Origin: Methanobacteriota archaeon
Lineage (GTDB): Archaea > Thermoplasmatota > Poseidoniia > Poseidoniales > Poseidoniaceae
Assembly: GCA_009937025.1 (NCBI GenBank)
Contig: JAACDG010000072.1
Span: 1-59,527, forward strand
Length of the DNA: 59,527 bases
Direction of reading: 5' to 3'
The position numbers and the translations under genes were made by a program. Below are positions 9,848-20,679 of the stretch, in pieces. Every line of letters begins with the position of its first letter. The first letter of the stretch is position 1. The notes beneath the pieces were generated by a model. The model saw only the letters and a program-made list of their open reading frames with translations. It was not told where the DNA came from and did not search any database.

Positions 9848-12142
9848 AGTTTCCCAATATGAATCTTGACGAATGGCATCAGCAGCACATATTGCGGCCA
9901 TATTGACGATGTGGCGAACACCGTCTTGACGCGCTACAAGTTGCACTGGTTTGTCCATGCCTTCTAAAATTGGGCCCGTCATTTCCGCATCGCCAAGTTC
10001 TTCGAGTAATTTGTAGGCAATGTTAGCCGCAGCAAGGTTTGGCAAAACCAGAACATTTACTGGACCATCGAAATCCATGAACGGGTATTCGGTTTGTACG
10101 TCTCCATTGAGGGCTGTGTCTGCTTGCATTGGCCCATCGATAACCAGTGAAGGGTCAAGTTCCCGAGCAAAGTCTATTGCCTCTTCAATTCGCTCAGAAC
10201 GTTGTGCACGGCTTGAACCAAAATTGGAAAAGGACAACATCGCTACTCTCGGAGCAACACCGAAACGTCGGGCTACCTTCGCAGTCTGCACTGCAATTTC
10301 AGCAAGAGTTCTGCTATCAGGGTAGACATTTACTGTCGCATCTGCGAGGAATATTGTTCGGCCTTTGACGTTCATCATGTAACAGCCAACGACACAATGC
10401 GATTTTTCATCAGGACCGATGAGTTCGAGTGTTGGACGCAAAACATCGCCATAGTTTCGGCTTACTCCACCGACAAAGCCGTCTGCATCACCATTCACGA
10501 CCATTTGACTGGCAAAATAAGGGCGCGATTTGAGCAAACGGTGCGCATCAGCATAGGTCATGCCTTTTCGACTGCGCTTTTGCATCAACTTTTCAGCAAA
10601 AATTCCTTTCCGCCGTTCGTCTTTGCGAGGGTCGAAAACCTCGTATTCGAAATGTAATCCGAGTTCTTCAATCATGTTTTCAATTCGCTTTTTTGGACCC
10701 AATAAAATTGGATAGCAGATTTTCTGATCGACCAACTGGGCAGCAGCCCGTAGAACTTTCTCATTGTCGCCCTCAGGGAATACAATTCGCTTTCCTTTCC
10801 CTCGGACTTGATTGATGATGTGCCTCATAATCGAATAAGAAAGGCCCAGACGAGCTTCTAATTGTTCTCGATAATCGACTATTGAAAATTCCTCGGGCTT
10901 GACGGCAGCAACACCTTCTTGTACTGCGGCTTGAGCAACAGCAGATGCTTCCCAAATCAAAACTCGACGGTCGAATGGTTTGGGGATGATGTATTCGGGA
11001 CCATACTGCATTGTCGCTCCATCGTAAGCGGCTGAAATATAATCTGGAACCGGTTCTTTTGCAAGTTCAGCAAGTGCTACTGTGGCGGCCATTTTCATCC
11101 CTTGAGTAATGTCGCGAGCACGTACATCAAGTGCCCCTCGGAAGATGTAAGGGAAACCGAGTACATTGTTGACTTGGTTTGGATAGTCAGAACGCCCTGT
11201 AGCAATAATGGCATCATCACGGACCTCAAGAATTTCCTCAGGTGTGATTTCAGGCGTTGGGTTTGCAAGAGCGAAAATAATCGGTTTTTTGGCCATCGAA
11301 GCAACCATCTCTTTGCTAACAAGGCCGCCTCTTGAAAGTCCAAGCATCACGTCCGCATCTTGTAATGCATCTGCCAATTCACCTGCTTCTCTGTCATGGG
11401 CAAACGGTGCTTTGTATTCATTTAACTCACCTGCTTCAAGACGGGCTTTGGTGACAATACCTTTGCTGTCAACCATAGATATGTTTTCGCGTGTTACGCC
11501 AATTGCGACATAATGATTGGCGCATGCAATGGCACTCGCACCAGCGCCGATAACGACCACCTTGATGGTATCAAGGCTTTTTTCTTGGAGTTCAACCGCA
11601 TTGAGTAAAGCCGCTGCCGAAATGATAGCGGTGCCATGCTGATCATCATGCATAACCGGTATGTCAGTTGATTCTGCAATTCTTCGTTCGATTTCAAAGC
11701 ATTCTGGAGCTTTGATATCTTCTAGATTTATTCCTCCGAATGTCTTTGAGATATTGACGACCGTTTCAATGAAAGACTCGGGGTCTTCAGTATCGACTTC
11801 AATGTCAAAAACATCGATATCAGCAAATGTCTTCAGTAAAAGGCCCTTTCCCTCCATCACCGGTTTACTGGCAAGAGCGCCGATGTTACCAAGTCCGAGG
11901 ACGGCTGTTCCGTTGGATATGACTGCAACCAAATTTCCTTTCGAAGTATAGCGATATGCGTCCTCGGGACGTTCTGCAATATCCAAACAAGGGTAAGCAA
12001 CACCCGGTGAATAAGCAAGACTCAGTTCATGGGCTGTTGAATGGGGTTTCGTGGGTACAACCTTGATTTTACCACGCGGTTTCGCTTCGTGGTATTCAAG
12101 CGCTTCTTTTCGAAGCAAGCGCTCTTTTTTATCGAGATTCAT
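9821..12142 (-). CDS. maeB: NADP-dependent malic enzyme with phosphotransacetylase-like domain
   Basis: LAYSPGVA, GNIGALASKPVMEGK, INLEDI, HDDQHGT, GAGASA, ATGRSDYPNQVNN; PTA domain (IVFPEG, DGPMQAD, NIAYKL). Confidence 0.96.
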   Translation of the reverse strand: MNLDKKERLLRKEALEYHEAKPRGKIKVVPTKPHSTAHELSLAYSPGVAYPCLDIAERPEDAYRYTSKGNLVAVISNGTAVLGLGNIGALASKPVMEGKGLLLKTFADIDVFDIEVDTEDPESFIETVVNISKTFGGINLEDIKAPECFEIERRIAESTDIPVMHDDQHGTAIISAAALLNAVELQEKSLDTIKVVVIGAGASAIACANHYVAIGVTRENISMVDSKGIVTKARLEAGELNEYKAPFAHDREAGELADALQDADVMLGLSRGGLVSKEMVASMAKKPIIFALANPTPEITPEEILEVRDDAIIATGRSDYPNQVNNVLGFPYIFRGALDVRARDITQGMKMAATVALAELAKEPVPDYISAAYDGATMQYGPEYIIPKPFDRRVLIWEASAVAQAAVQEGVAAVKPEEFSIVDYREQLEARLGLSYSIMRHIINQVRGKGKRIVFPEGDNEKVLRAAAQLVDQKICYPILLGPKKRIENMIEELGLHFEYEVFDPRKDERRKGIFAEKLMQKRSRKGMTYADAHRLLKSRPYFASQMVVNGDADGFVGGVSRNYGDVLRPTLELIGPDEKSHCVVGCYMMNVKGRTIFLADATVNVYPDSRTLAEIAVQTAKVARRFGVAPRVAMLSFSNFGSSRAQRSERIEEAIDFARELDPSLVIDGPMQADTALNGDVQTEYPFMDFDGPVNVLVLPNLAAANIAYKLLEELGDAEMTGPILEGMDKPVQLVARQDGVRHIVNMAAICAADAIRQDSYWETLVSPVIDD

Positions 12143-12225
12143 AGTTGGACCTTACCCAACGAAGCAGGTCTTAGGTTTGAGTGTTGCGTGAAAGGTATCG
12201 GCTTAGGAGTCTATCTGCATACATG

Positions 12226-12259
12226 CATTGGAATGTCGAGGCTAGTATTCATTCCAATG
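12226..12259. promoter_or_regulatory. Perfect 10-bp inverted repeat in the divergent promoter region
   Basis: CATTGGAATG (12226-12235), 14-nt spacer, CATTCCAATG (12250-12259). Confidence 0.4.
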
Positions 12260-12378
12260 ACAAGAAAATAAAAAGCAAGGTTTTGACGATTGTAGAGTAT
12301 TTTTGACCTCAATTTAATGAGATGCTATTACACGGCAGAGGGGCGCGTTCAAATACCCTAAAACCCCGATTGCAATTC

Positions 12379-15300
12379 ATGAACATGAAAGCGGACACTG
12401 CGACCCTGCCTCGCGACGCTCGAAGAGCACTCCTTCTCGTGGTGTTAATGCTGCTTTCATCGGCAGCACCATTGCTCACAATCCCTGGTGTTTCTGCCCA
12501 TGAATCCAATGCCGATACTATTTGGCCTCAAGAGGGAAGTAACGATACGGGTTGGGTCCAATTGGATGCAGTAGGTGCAAATGCAGTTACAGGCGGTCAA
12601 GCAAGTGCTTCGTGGACTTTAGAATTCGCACCGGGTGCTGACCTGTCCAACATTTCATTCCAAGTTCGAGTCGATGGAAGTGATGGTTTGATGATTGAAG
12701 AGCCAATGCTCGTGGCGAGTGATATTGGCGTCAATTTACTCGACTGGAGAGGGCTTGGCATGCTTGGTTCACAAGACAGTTTTACTGGGCCAAATCCATA
12801 TTCTGGCCGCTTGAGTCCAAACAGCGATTCTGGTGCTACTTGGACGCTACCTTCGGATGCTGAAATTACTGACTTGGTCATCGAGGCTCTTTCACCTGTT
12901 GACCCGCTTGTATCATTAGCACCATTGGAGTTCAACATTGTAACTCATGCAATTCATCCCGATGACGGAAGGATGTATCTTGCAATAGATACTTTCATTT
13001 TGACATTAGATTATTCGAACGACCCAGTTATTATCGATGTCCTTGATTTTGAGTATGATATCCATGATTTGGTGATTGATACGACCAACAATCTGCTCCA
13101 TGTCCTCACCGATGACGGCCTTTTCTTCGCATTTTCTCTTGATGATACAAGCGAGCAACCAGGCCTTCCAACTCCTTCGCTTTCACTACCAGCCCTCGAT
13201 AAATTCATGATTGCTTCCGACGGTAATGTCTATGCTGCAAACGAAAACGGTATTGCGCAATGGGACGGTTTGAGTTGGAACTATCCTATGACAAAAACCA
13301 CATTTGGAGCAGCTTTAGACATGGTTGAAGTGAACAATATCCTCTACATTTCTTTTGCCGATGAAGGGGTTGTGAGATGGGATATAAACTCCGGAAGTCC
13401 ACTCTCGACCTGGTCAACTGCAAACAGCCTTCACTCGGATGAAATTACTGAAATGATAGTCTCGGGAAATCAACTCCTGCTCGCATCTCCAAACAATGGA
13501 TTGGCGCGTTATGATTGGAGTTCTGGTTTTTGGCTCTCAACTTGGAATGATGGAAATTGGCTCACCAGTAACACCATCAATGGTGTGGTTCGTTCCGGTT
13601 CTGATTTGTTCATTCTAAGTGGAGATACGTTGCACGAGTATGATACAAGTGTTGGCGTCTTTGCTTCATCTCAACCAATCTCAAGTTTTGGATTATCAGG
13701 TGATGGACAAGATCTCTTTGCATGGCCCGCTGCAGGAACACGTGCGCCAGGAGTTGAAACTTTGGTGCTTGGAAATGGATTTGGTTCGTTTGCTGAGTTA
13801 ACTCCAGGTTCGACTCCGCTTCAAACTGGAACGCTCCTGCTTGGGAGCGGACCCACTTCTTCAAGCATGCAAGATGCTACAGAACTCAACGGCGTAGTCT
13901 TCGTTGCTGCCGATGATTACATGAATCGTTTTGATACACAAGCCTCACGTTGGCTCCAGCCCGTTTATCTTGGAACAATAGTCAATCATTTGATGAACGA
14001 TGGTTCACATGTCTTCATCGCTTCTGAAAGTGGATTACATCAAATGCACAACAACGGAACATTGCTTCAAACGTGGGATTCATCAAATTCTGACCTGAAT
14101 GATGACAACATCATCCGTGTTGACTCAGACGGGTCAACCGTTGTTGGAATCACGGGGCAGGGCCAAATGATCCGTATCGATTTGACAGGAGCATTGACTC
14201 CTGCTGCTCCAGTCTACGATACCGCTGCTGTTGACCTTGCGTTGTTCAGTAATACGGTACATTTAGCGACAGATACCAGTGGAGTTCTTCGATATGACCT
14301 TGCCAATGACTCATGGCTAACACCATGGATTTCCACAGGCGTCAATGATGCAAATAACGTACCTGTTGCCGTCACTGGCGACATTCTTTACTTTGGAATT
14401 CCTGGATACGGCGTAGCACGAAAAGACCTTGCAACAGGTGAATTAATGTCTCCTCTCATCGAGTTGAGCAATACTGGACAAGGCTCAGCTAATGCTGTTC
14501 TCCCAAATGACAACATCTACGCTTTAGAAGCGGATGGAAGTAACCTCTACATCGGAACCAGTAACGGTGCTATTGAATGGGATGGAACGAGTTCCACATC
14601 CTTCCAACTAGGCAGTCGATGGAATACTCGACCTCAACAATATTTCGATTTCGCTGTATCTGGAGGAACTGTGTACGCTGGAACAAATATCGGTGTTTGT
14701 GCTTGGCCAACAAGTCAAATCTCCTCTACTTCCCCGGATTGCCTCAACGTATACGACGGAATGCCGAACTGGGCAACTTATTCTGTTGAAGCCGATAGTT
14801 ACGGCTACATTTTCGGAGGAACGACGTCCGGGGTTGGAATTATCACTGCATCTCCTTACGATGTCATTGGAGAATGGGAGGCAGGCGAGCAGACTCAGAA
14901 TGCTCCTGCCGCAGTGGTCGGAGATATTGCCTTCATTGCTCTAGACGGAATTGGAATTGCCCGATATGATATCCCCAATAACGCATGGCTCACCCTTTGG
15001 ACAGAGGATAATTATCTCGACAATGGTAACGAAGATGCGACTGCTCTTTCTGTTGATGTGAATCCAAATTATATTTGGGTTGGAGGTTCAGACGGATTCC
15101 AACTTCTCAACGCAACAACTGGTTTTGAAGTGTATGATATCGAAAAAACCAGCAGCCTCTTTGCTGGAAATGGCGACCCTCTCGACATGATTCTCCATGG
15201 AAATACCATGTATTACCATGACGGGACAAGCAGCGATAATATCTATCGCTTTGATGCCCTCAACTTTACTGCACTCTCGGCCTTAGATGCTGGAGCACAA

Positions 15301-18300
15301 GTTGATGAAAACAATGGAGATGTCAATGGCTTGAACATTATTGATGGGATTTTAATGGCAAGTGTCTCTTCACCAAACTGGTGGCAAGTTGACGGTTCCG
15401 GAGGTATTGCTCAATGGAATACCAGCAACGGTTCTTGGGGCGAGAGTATCTTACCTATTGGCCAAGTAGACCGAGTCACTGCATACGAATCTACAACAGG
15501 AAACTTGTGGATATCTTGGGGCGAAAGCAACTTGGAACTCATCGCACCAAACGGTACGACCATCGGAACTTGGGATGACAACGACTTTGATTTCCCGATT
15601 CGAGAAATTCTTGAATACAATGGAGAAGTCTTGTTTGCTACTGAAGATGGAGTGGCTCGATACAATGAGTCCAGCAACCAATGGCTCACGATGTGGGAGG
15701 AAGGGGCTGGCTTACCAAACAATGCTGGAAACAGAATCTATGAGTTGTGGACCGATGGATACAACCTTGTTGTAGGAGGCGGGGACGTCAGTGGCTTTGG
15801 ACAATTCCAAGGTGGAGCGGTTTCTCATTGGGATGGTAGCGCTTGGACTCAATTTGATTTAGGACAAAGCGGCACCCCCAACGGTTATCCAATCTCTATG
15901 GCCCTCTGTGGCGGTGTACTCAATATTGGTATTTACGCTAACAACGGCGGTGTTGCTCGATTAGATTTGGCGAACAGTTCCATTATTGGCTCGTTCACTC
16001 GCGCTGATTGGAATGAAAATTATGGAGAAGTTGCAGGTGTTGCCTGCGATACTACTGATACGCTTTATATCGCCTTTTATGAAGATCAAGCAGACGTGAA
16101 GAAATACAGTTTCTCAACAGGTAATTGGCTTACACCAATTACTTCTGGAACCAATGGCTTACCGAGCGACCGTGTTTGGTGGGACTCGATTGGATACGCA
16201 AACGGTGGCCTCGTTCTTGGACACGGTATCGGCTTGTCAGGAAATAACATCATCGGTGGAGGATTCTCACTCATTGCCACTTCTGGGAATTCAAATGCTC
16301 AAGCCAGTGTCAATGGTGCTGGGTCTTCTGTAACTTCATTCCAATGGTTGGGAAGTGAATGGTTGGTTGGACAAGCGGGCGGTTCTTCAGGATTCAGTAA
16401 AGTCGAGACCATTAGTCCTCTTGGACAAAATACGATTGCTGCACTACCTGGCTTAGTCAGTGGTCAAGTAACAACAATGACTGGAAACGGTACACATTTG
16501 TGGATTACAACTGCAGGTACAAACCAAGGATTTGGTCAATCAAGTGGCGCTGGACTCTTACAAGGGGAACGGCAAGCCGATGGAACAATTCTGTGGCAAG
16601 ATGGTTGGACGATGACTGCAAACAGTAAGGCCCCAGACACCGAACTGATTGGCACTGACCTCTATATCACAACCACTCCAACTGGATTGTACAAACTTGA
16701 CACAACCACAGGAATTGTCACACGTTTGAACGGTGGATTGCACAATAACCTCGATGGAATGGTTCGTGTTGGTACTACCCTTGTTCTTGGACTCATGGGA
16801 AGTGGAGGCTCCGCTCCTGGGGTACAACTCTATGATATTCAAACTGGTTACGGAAACGGGAAACTCATCGGAGGCCTACCTTCGAACGCCATCAATAATT
16901 TTGCTGCAACTCCAGACACACTCTACATCGCCACCAACGGTGGTGTTGGTCGTTGGGATTATGCGGCGGCTGATTGGATCAATCCTTTGACAACTACCGA
17001 TGGACTCCCTACCAACATCGTTGAAGATGTTCTTGTCGAAGGAAATTACCTTTGGATGACGACAACTGCTGGCTTGGTTCAAATGAACCTCACAACCAAT
17101 GCTACAACGTTGTACACTTCTGCTTCAGGGCTCATGGGGACTTCCACCATGTCTCTCACATCTTACTCTCCTCCGTCAACCACAGGCGAAACAACACTGT
17201 TCATCGGGCATGATGGAGCTGGAAGTGAACGCCCTGCTGTTACGACTATTGGTTTGACTTCTGGAACAATTATTGGCCATGAATTTGACCAATTACCATC
17301 CAATAATATCGATGCTTTGGCAAGTGATTACTGGGGCATACATATCGCCACAGACATCGGGCCAATGACCCATTGGAACAGTACCTCTTCGTTCTTTGAA
17401 AACGGAATTCCGTCCTACCAAATCTTTGGTTGGCCTGTACAAAAAATGGTCAGCGACGGAAACCATATTTTGATATTCGGTGGAAACGGTATTTCAATTG
17501 TAGAAGCTCGAACAAGTTCACATCAAAACCTCAAAATGATATCCATGCCGATGCTTACAGGCGGTACAATTTCATCGGATTATATTTGGCTCACGTCAGC
17601 CTGGGAAGGATTATTTGGATACGAAAATAACCCTCAATACACCGAAATTGAACGTCAATCTGTTCGGTATGCAGACCCCCTGAATGTTGGATTTAATTTG
17701 GTGACTCAAGATATTACCGATATGACACATCCAGGAATGAGTATTACACTTGCTGACCTCAACTCAACAGTTGCTCTCGACCCAACACAAGGTGTTGTTG
17801 GAACCAATGGAATCTTATTCCAAACCGTTCCGTTGGCATTCACCTCTCCGGTGAATAATGCCGCTACATGGGCTCAATCAAAGAGCCTCAAGTACAATGC
17901 AACAATCGAACTTGCAAACACGCCTGATTTTGAAACTACAATGCAACTCGCTGTTGATAACGGTGTTATCATCAACGGAACTCAATTCTTGCAGTTGACA
18001 CTCCGTTCTCCTTCAAACGGTTCGTTGCAAGTTCGCCTCATCTACGATTACGTCCGTACTGAAACGCCGATTACCATGACCGATATCGTTGACCGTCCTG
18101 ACGATGGCGGTGGCGCCTTGATAGCGAATTGGAGCCTTGTTCACGATGATAACTTTGCTCGATACCTGATTTACGTCAATGAAGGACCATTCCCGAACGC
18201 TTTACCACTTACTGCCAATGACCTTTCTGGACGCACAATTGACAAAGCAATTTCATTGCATAGTCGACTCTCGAGCGAAGTCACCACGGCCAATGGAACC

Positions 18301-20676
18301 CCATTAGTTGATGGTGTACAATACTATGCTGTCGTCGTTGTTGAGTATGATGATGGCCACCTAGGTACACCATCACCAATCATGGGTCCTGCTTCACCAA
18401 CCGATGAGGTTCCACTCTCACCTTTGTGGGCAAATGCTGGACCTCACGAAGGCGGTGCTGATGGCGACCTTGATATTGAATGGGCACGTTGTACTTCGAT
18501 TGATTTGACAAGTACATTGATTTATGCTTCAACCACTTCAATGACCGATGTACTCGGATTGTTGCCTGAGGCAGAAGTCATGAAGACGGAAGGAAATACA
18601 ACTGTTCTCTCCCTTGATGCAGGTCAACCATATTGGCTTGCATTGACCTGTGTCGATGAATCTGGTCAAGAAGATGTGATGAATCCAACAATCATTGGAC
18701 CAGTTGTTCCAACTGGTGGCTTAAACGACAACACGGCACCTCCAAAGATGGAGAATGTAACTGCGATTGACACGCCTGACGACGATGGCGGAAGAATCAC
18801 CGTCTCATGGGATGTCAATCCAGCTGAAGATTGCACCTTCTATGCAATCTATATTCGATTGTCGGCAGGTAATTTTGATGGCGAGACGATTCCATCCACA
18901 TCTGTTGCAAACAGCGATTATTCTCAAGCAAAAATCATCGATGACTGTTCTGAAACTTCAACGACTGTTACGAGCATCGATGGTGTTGGACTCCAAGATG
19001 GACAAGCGTACCATGTTGGCGTTGTTGCTTTCGATGATTGGTTGAACGCTAATTTAGAAGATGTGGATGTCGTACAAGTCACACCTCTGCGCAACACTGC
19101 TGGAAGTGGAACCACTCCTGAGCGTGTTGGCACAGTCAATGCCTTTGACCACCCTGACGATGATGGAACAGCAATTGATGTCATCTGGTCAATTTCAGAT
19201 GCTGATGACTTCTCCCATTACATCGTATGGGCTGCGGACCAGCCAATCTCTGACCTCTCCGTGGCCTGGGCTGCATTCGGTGACGATGATGAAAAATGTG
19301 CATGTTTGAAAATTAACAAACAATGGATTGATGAAGATTACAACCCGATTGAATTATCGATTTCAACTGCCCTTTATGGTGGAGAGACGATTCTCGATGC
19401 AACGCCACAAATCATCAAACCCGATGTTGAACTCTATGTGGTTGTAACCGTTCATGACCTCGCTGGAAATGTCTACCTCACCGACTTACCTCAAGCGACT
19501 GTTACTCCGATCAATAATTTGCAAGATGTAACTGCACCTGCTCCTCTTGAAACACTTGAATTGTATGACCGGCCAAACGACGACGGTAGTGCTTTATTGC
19601 TTGACTTTGAACTAAGTGATGAAAGTGATGTTGCCGCATACGAAGTCTATGCTGCTACATGGATTTTTGACGCGGTTGGCATGGGGACTACTGGCCCTTC
19701 AACACCGATTGCGGTCCTCTCTCGACTTCCCGAACTCCCACTTACAATCGACATTGTAGCAGGAGATACACCGGTGATTGCTGGTCAAGAAATATGGGTT
19801 GCAGTCGTTGTTCGAGACACTGCAGGAAATGCTCAAGAAATCAATTTAGTGAGTGTTTCGGCTCAATCGATTGATGATGGAATTGATGATTTAGGCGGTT
19901 ATCTTGATGAAATTGAAGATGTGGTTTTGTCGTGGAATTCAGAAACAAATATTTTGGTCGAATGGAGTCATTCCGATGACTCAAGTGTTCGTGGCTATCG
20001 CGTGTATATTTCAAATACCGATTTCTCTACAACTTCCGATGCTGACTTTGTTGCTGAAGTGAAGGCCTCTAATTCGTTCCTTATCACGCCAAATAATTAC
20101 GACCCTCTGGTCAATACATCCGCTTGGTATGTTGCTGTAACTCCGTTTGATGACCTCTTTGAAAGAGAAGAAGTCGACGCCCTCATGCTCGATGTCTTTG
20201 GAAATGAGAATCAAAATGGGAATGAGAATCAAGACTCGGCCAATGAAAATGATTTCTCATCTCTCCTGACAACTCCAAACTTGTTGGCTGCAGGATTATT
20301 GGTCATCGCTCTTCTCTTATTGGTCGCTATTGTTCGCTCTCGTGGAGGACAACGTAGTCGAAATCAATCGCTTGAATTGCAAGAAGCAACTTGGGGCATA
20401 CAGGATGATGATTGGGGAAGCGTATCTCCCCCAACACCTCCGACGATGGAAAGTAAATCTGTACCAAATATCGACCAAAACCAAGGCAATGATATCTATG
20501 CAGCAGCTCAGCGTATTGAGAATCAAGACATGTATGGACGCCCAGCATACCAATCCCAGCAACCGGTTATGCAACCCACTCAGAATAATGCATTGCTGAA
20601 TGACTTGGCAGAGCCTACGTCTCCCCAACTCCCTCAAGCGAGCATTGATACATCATTCTTGGATGACTTGCTTTGA
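12379..20676 (+). CDS. Giant cell-surface protein: signal peptide, beta-propeller repeats, Fn3-like repeats, TM helix, P/Q-rich tail
   Basis: Signal RRALLLVVLMLLSSAAP; repeats such as GLPSNAINNF, DGLPTNIVEDV, QLPSNNIDAL; modules opening D.PDDDG..I.V.W; TM LLAAGLLVIALLLLVAIV followed by RSR. Confidence 0.8.
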   Translation: MNMKADTATLPRDARRALLLVVLMLLSSAAPLLTIPGVSAHESNADTIWPQEGSNDTGWVQLDAVGANAVTGGQASASWTLEFAPGADLSNISFQVRVDGSDGLMIEEPMLVASDIGVNLLDWRGLGMLGSQDSFTGPNPYSGRLSPNSDSGATWTLPSDAEITDLVIEALSPVDPLVSLAPLEFNIVTHAIHPDDGRMYLAIDTFILTLDYSNDPVIIDVLDFEYDIHDLVIDTTNNLLHVLTDDGLFFAFSLDDTSEQPGLPTPSLSLPALDKFMIASDGNVYAANENGIAQWDGLSWNYPMTKTTFGAALDMVEVNNILYISFADEGVVRWDINSGSPLSTWSTANSLHSDEITEMIVSGNQLLLASPNNGLARYDWSSGFWLSTWNDGNWLTSNTINGVVRSGSDLFILSGDTLHEYDTSVGVFASSQPISSFGLSGDGQDLFAWPAAGTRAPGVETLVLGNGFGSFAELTPGSTPLQTGTLLLGSGPTSSSMQDATELNGVVFVAADDYMNRFDTQASRWLQPVYLGTIVNHLMNDGSHVFIASESGLHQMHNNGTLLQTWDSSNSDLNDDNIIRVDSDGSTVVGITGQGQMIRIDLTGALTPAAPVYDTAAVDLALFSNTVHLATDTSGVLRYDLANDSWLTPWISTGVNDANNVPVAVTGDILYFGIPGYGVARKDLATGELMSPLIELSNTGQGSANAVLPNDNIYALEADGSNLYIGTSNGAIEWDGTSSTSFQLGSRWNTRPQQYFDFAVSGGTVYAGTNIGVCAWPTSQISSTSPDCLNVYDGMPNWATYSVEADSYGYIFGGTTSGVGIITASPYDVIGEWEAGEQTQNAPAAVVGDIAFIALDGIGIARYDIPNNAWLTLWTEDNYLDNGNEDATALSVDVNPNYIWVGGSDGFQLLNATTGFEVYDIEKTSSLFAGNGDPLDMILHGNTMYYHDGTSSDNIYRFDALNFTALSALDAGAQVDENNGDVNGLNIIDGILMASVSSPNWWQVDGSGGIAQWNTSNGSWGESILPIGQVDRVTAYESTTGNLWISWGESNLELIAPNGTTIGTWDDNDFDFPIREILEYNGEVLFATEDGVARYNESSNQWLTMWEEGAGLPNNAGNRIYELWTDGYNLVVGGGDVSGFGQFQGGAVSHWDGSAWTQFDLGQSGTPNGYPISMALCGGVLNIGIYANNGGVARLDLANSSIIGSFTRADWNENYGEVAGVACDTTDTLYIAFYEDQADVKKYSFSTGNWLTPITSGTNGLPSDRVWWDSIGYANGGLVLGHGIGLSGNNIIGGGFSLIATSGNSNAQASVNGAGSSVTSFQWLGSEWLVGQAGGSSGFSKVETISPLGQNTIAALPGLVSGQVTTMTGNGTHLWITTAGTNQGFGQSSGAGLLQGERQADGTILWQDGWTMTANSKAPDTELIGTDLYITTTPTGLYKLDTTTGIVTRLNGGLHNNLDGMVRVGTTLVLGLMGSGGSAPGVQLYDIQTGYGNGKLIGGLPSNAINNFAATPDTLYIATNGGVGRWDYAAADWINPLTTTDGLPTNIVEDVLVEGNYLWMTTTAGLVQMNLTTNATTLYTSASGLMGTSTMSLTSYSPPSTTGETTLFIGHDGAGSERPAVTTIGLTSGTIIGHEFDQLPSNNIDALASDYWGIHIATDIGPMTHWNSTSSFFENGIPSYQIFGWPVQKMVSDGNHILIFGGNGISIVEARTSSHQNLKMISMPMLTGGTISSDYIWLTSAWEGLFGYENNPQYTEIERQSVRYADPLNVGFNLVTQDITDMTHPGMSITLADLNSTVALDPTQGVVGTNGILFQTVPLAFTSPVNNAATWAQSKSLKYNATIELANTPDFETTMQLAVDNGVIINGTQFLQLTLRSPSNGSLQVRLIYDYVRTETPITMTDIVDRPDDGGGALIANWSLVHDDNFARYLIYVNEGPFPNALPLTANDLSGRTIDKAISLHSRLSSEVTTANGTPLVDGVQYYAVVVVEYDDGHLGTPSPIMGPASPTDEVPLSPLWANAGPHEGGADGDLDIEWARCTSIDLTSTLIYASTTSMTDVLGLLPEAEVMKTEGNTTVLSLDAGQPYWLALTCVDESGQEDVMNPTIIGPVVPTGGLNDNTAPPKMENVTAIDTPDDDGGRITVSWDVNPAEDCTFYAIYIRLSAGNFDGETIPSTSVANSDYSQAKIIDDCSETSTTVTSIDGVGLQDGQAYHVGVVAFDDWLNANLEDVDVVQVTPLRNTAGSGTTPERVGTVNAFDHPDDDGTAIDVIWSISDADDFSHYIVWAADQPISDLSVAWAAFGDDDEKCACLKINKQWIDEDYNPIELSISTALYGGETILDATPQIIKPDVELYVVVTVHDLAGNVYLTDLPQATVTPINNLQDVTAPAPLETLELYDRPNDDGSALLLDFELSDESDVAAYEVYAATWIFDAVGMGTTGPSTPIAVLSRLPELPLTIDIVAGDTPVIAGQEIWVAVVVRDTAGNAQEINLVSVSAQSIDDGIDDLGGYLDEIEDVVLSWNSETNILVEWSHSDDSSVRGYRVYISNTDFSTTSDADFVAEVKASNSFLITPNNYDPLVNTSAWYVAVTPFDDLFEREEVDALMLDVFGNENQNGNENQDSANENDFSSLLTTPNLLAAGLLVIALLLLVAIVRSRGGQRSRNQSLELQEATWGIQDDDWGSVSPPTPPTMESKSVPNIDQNQGNDIYAAAQRIENQDMYGRPAYQSQQPVMQPTQNNALLNDLAEPTSPQLPQASIDTSFLDDLL

Positions 20677-20679
20677 GGC

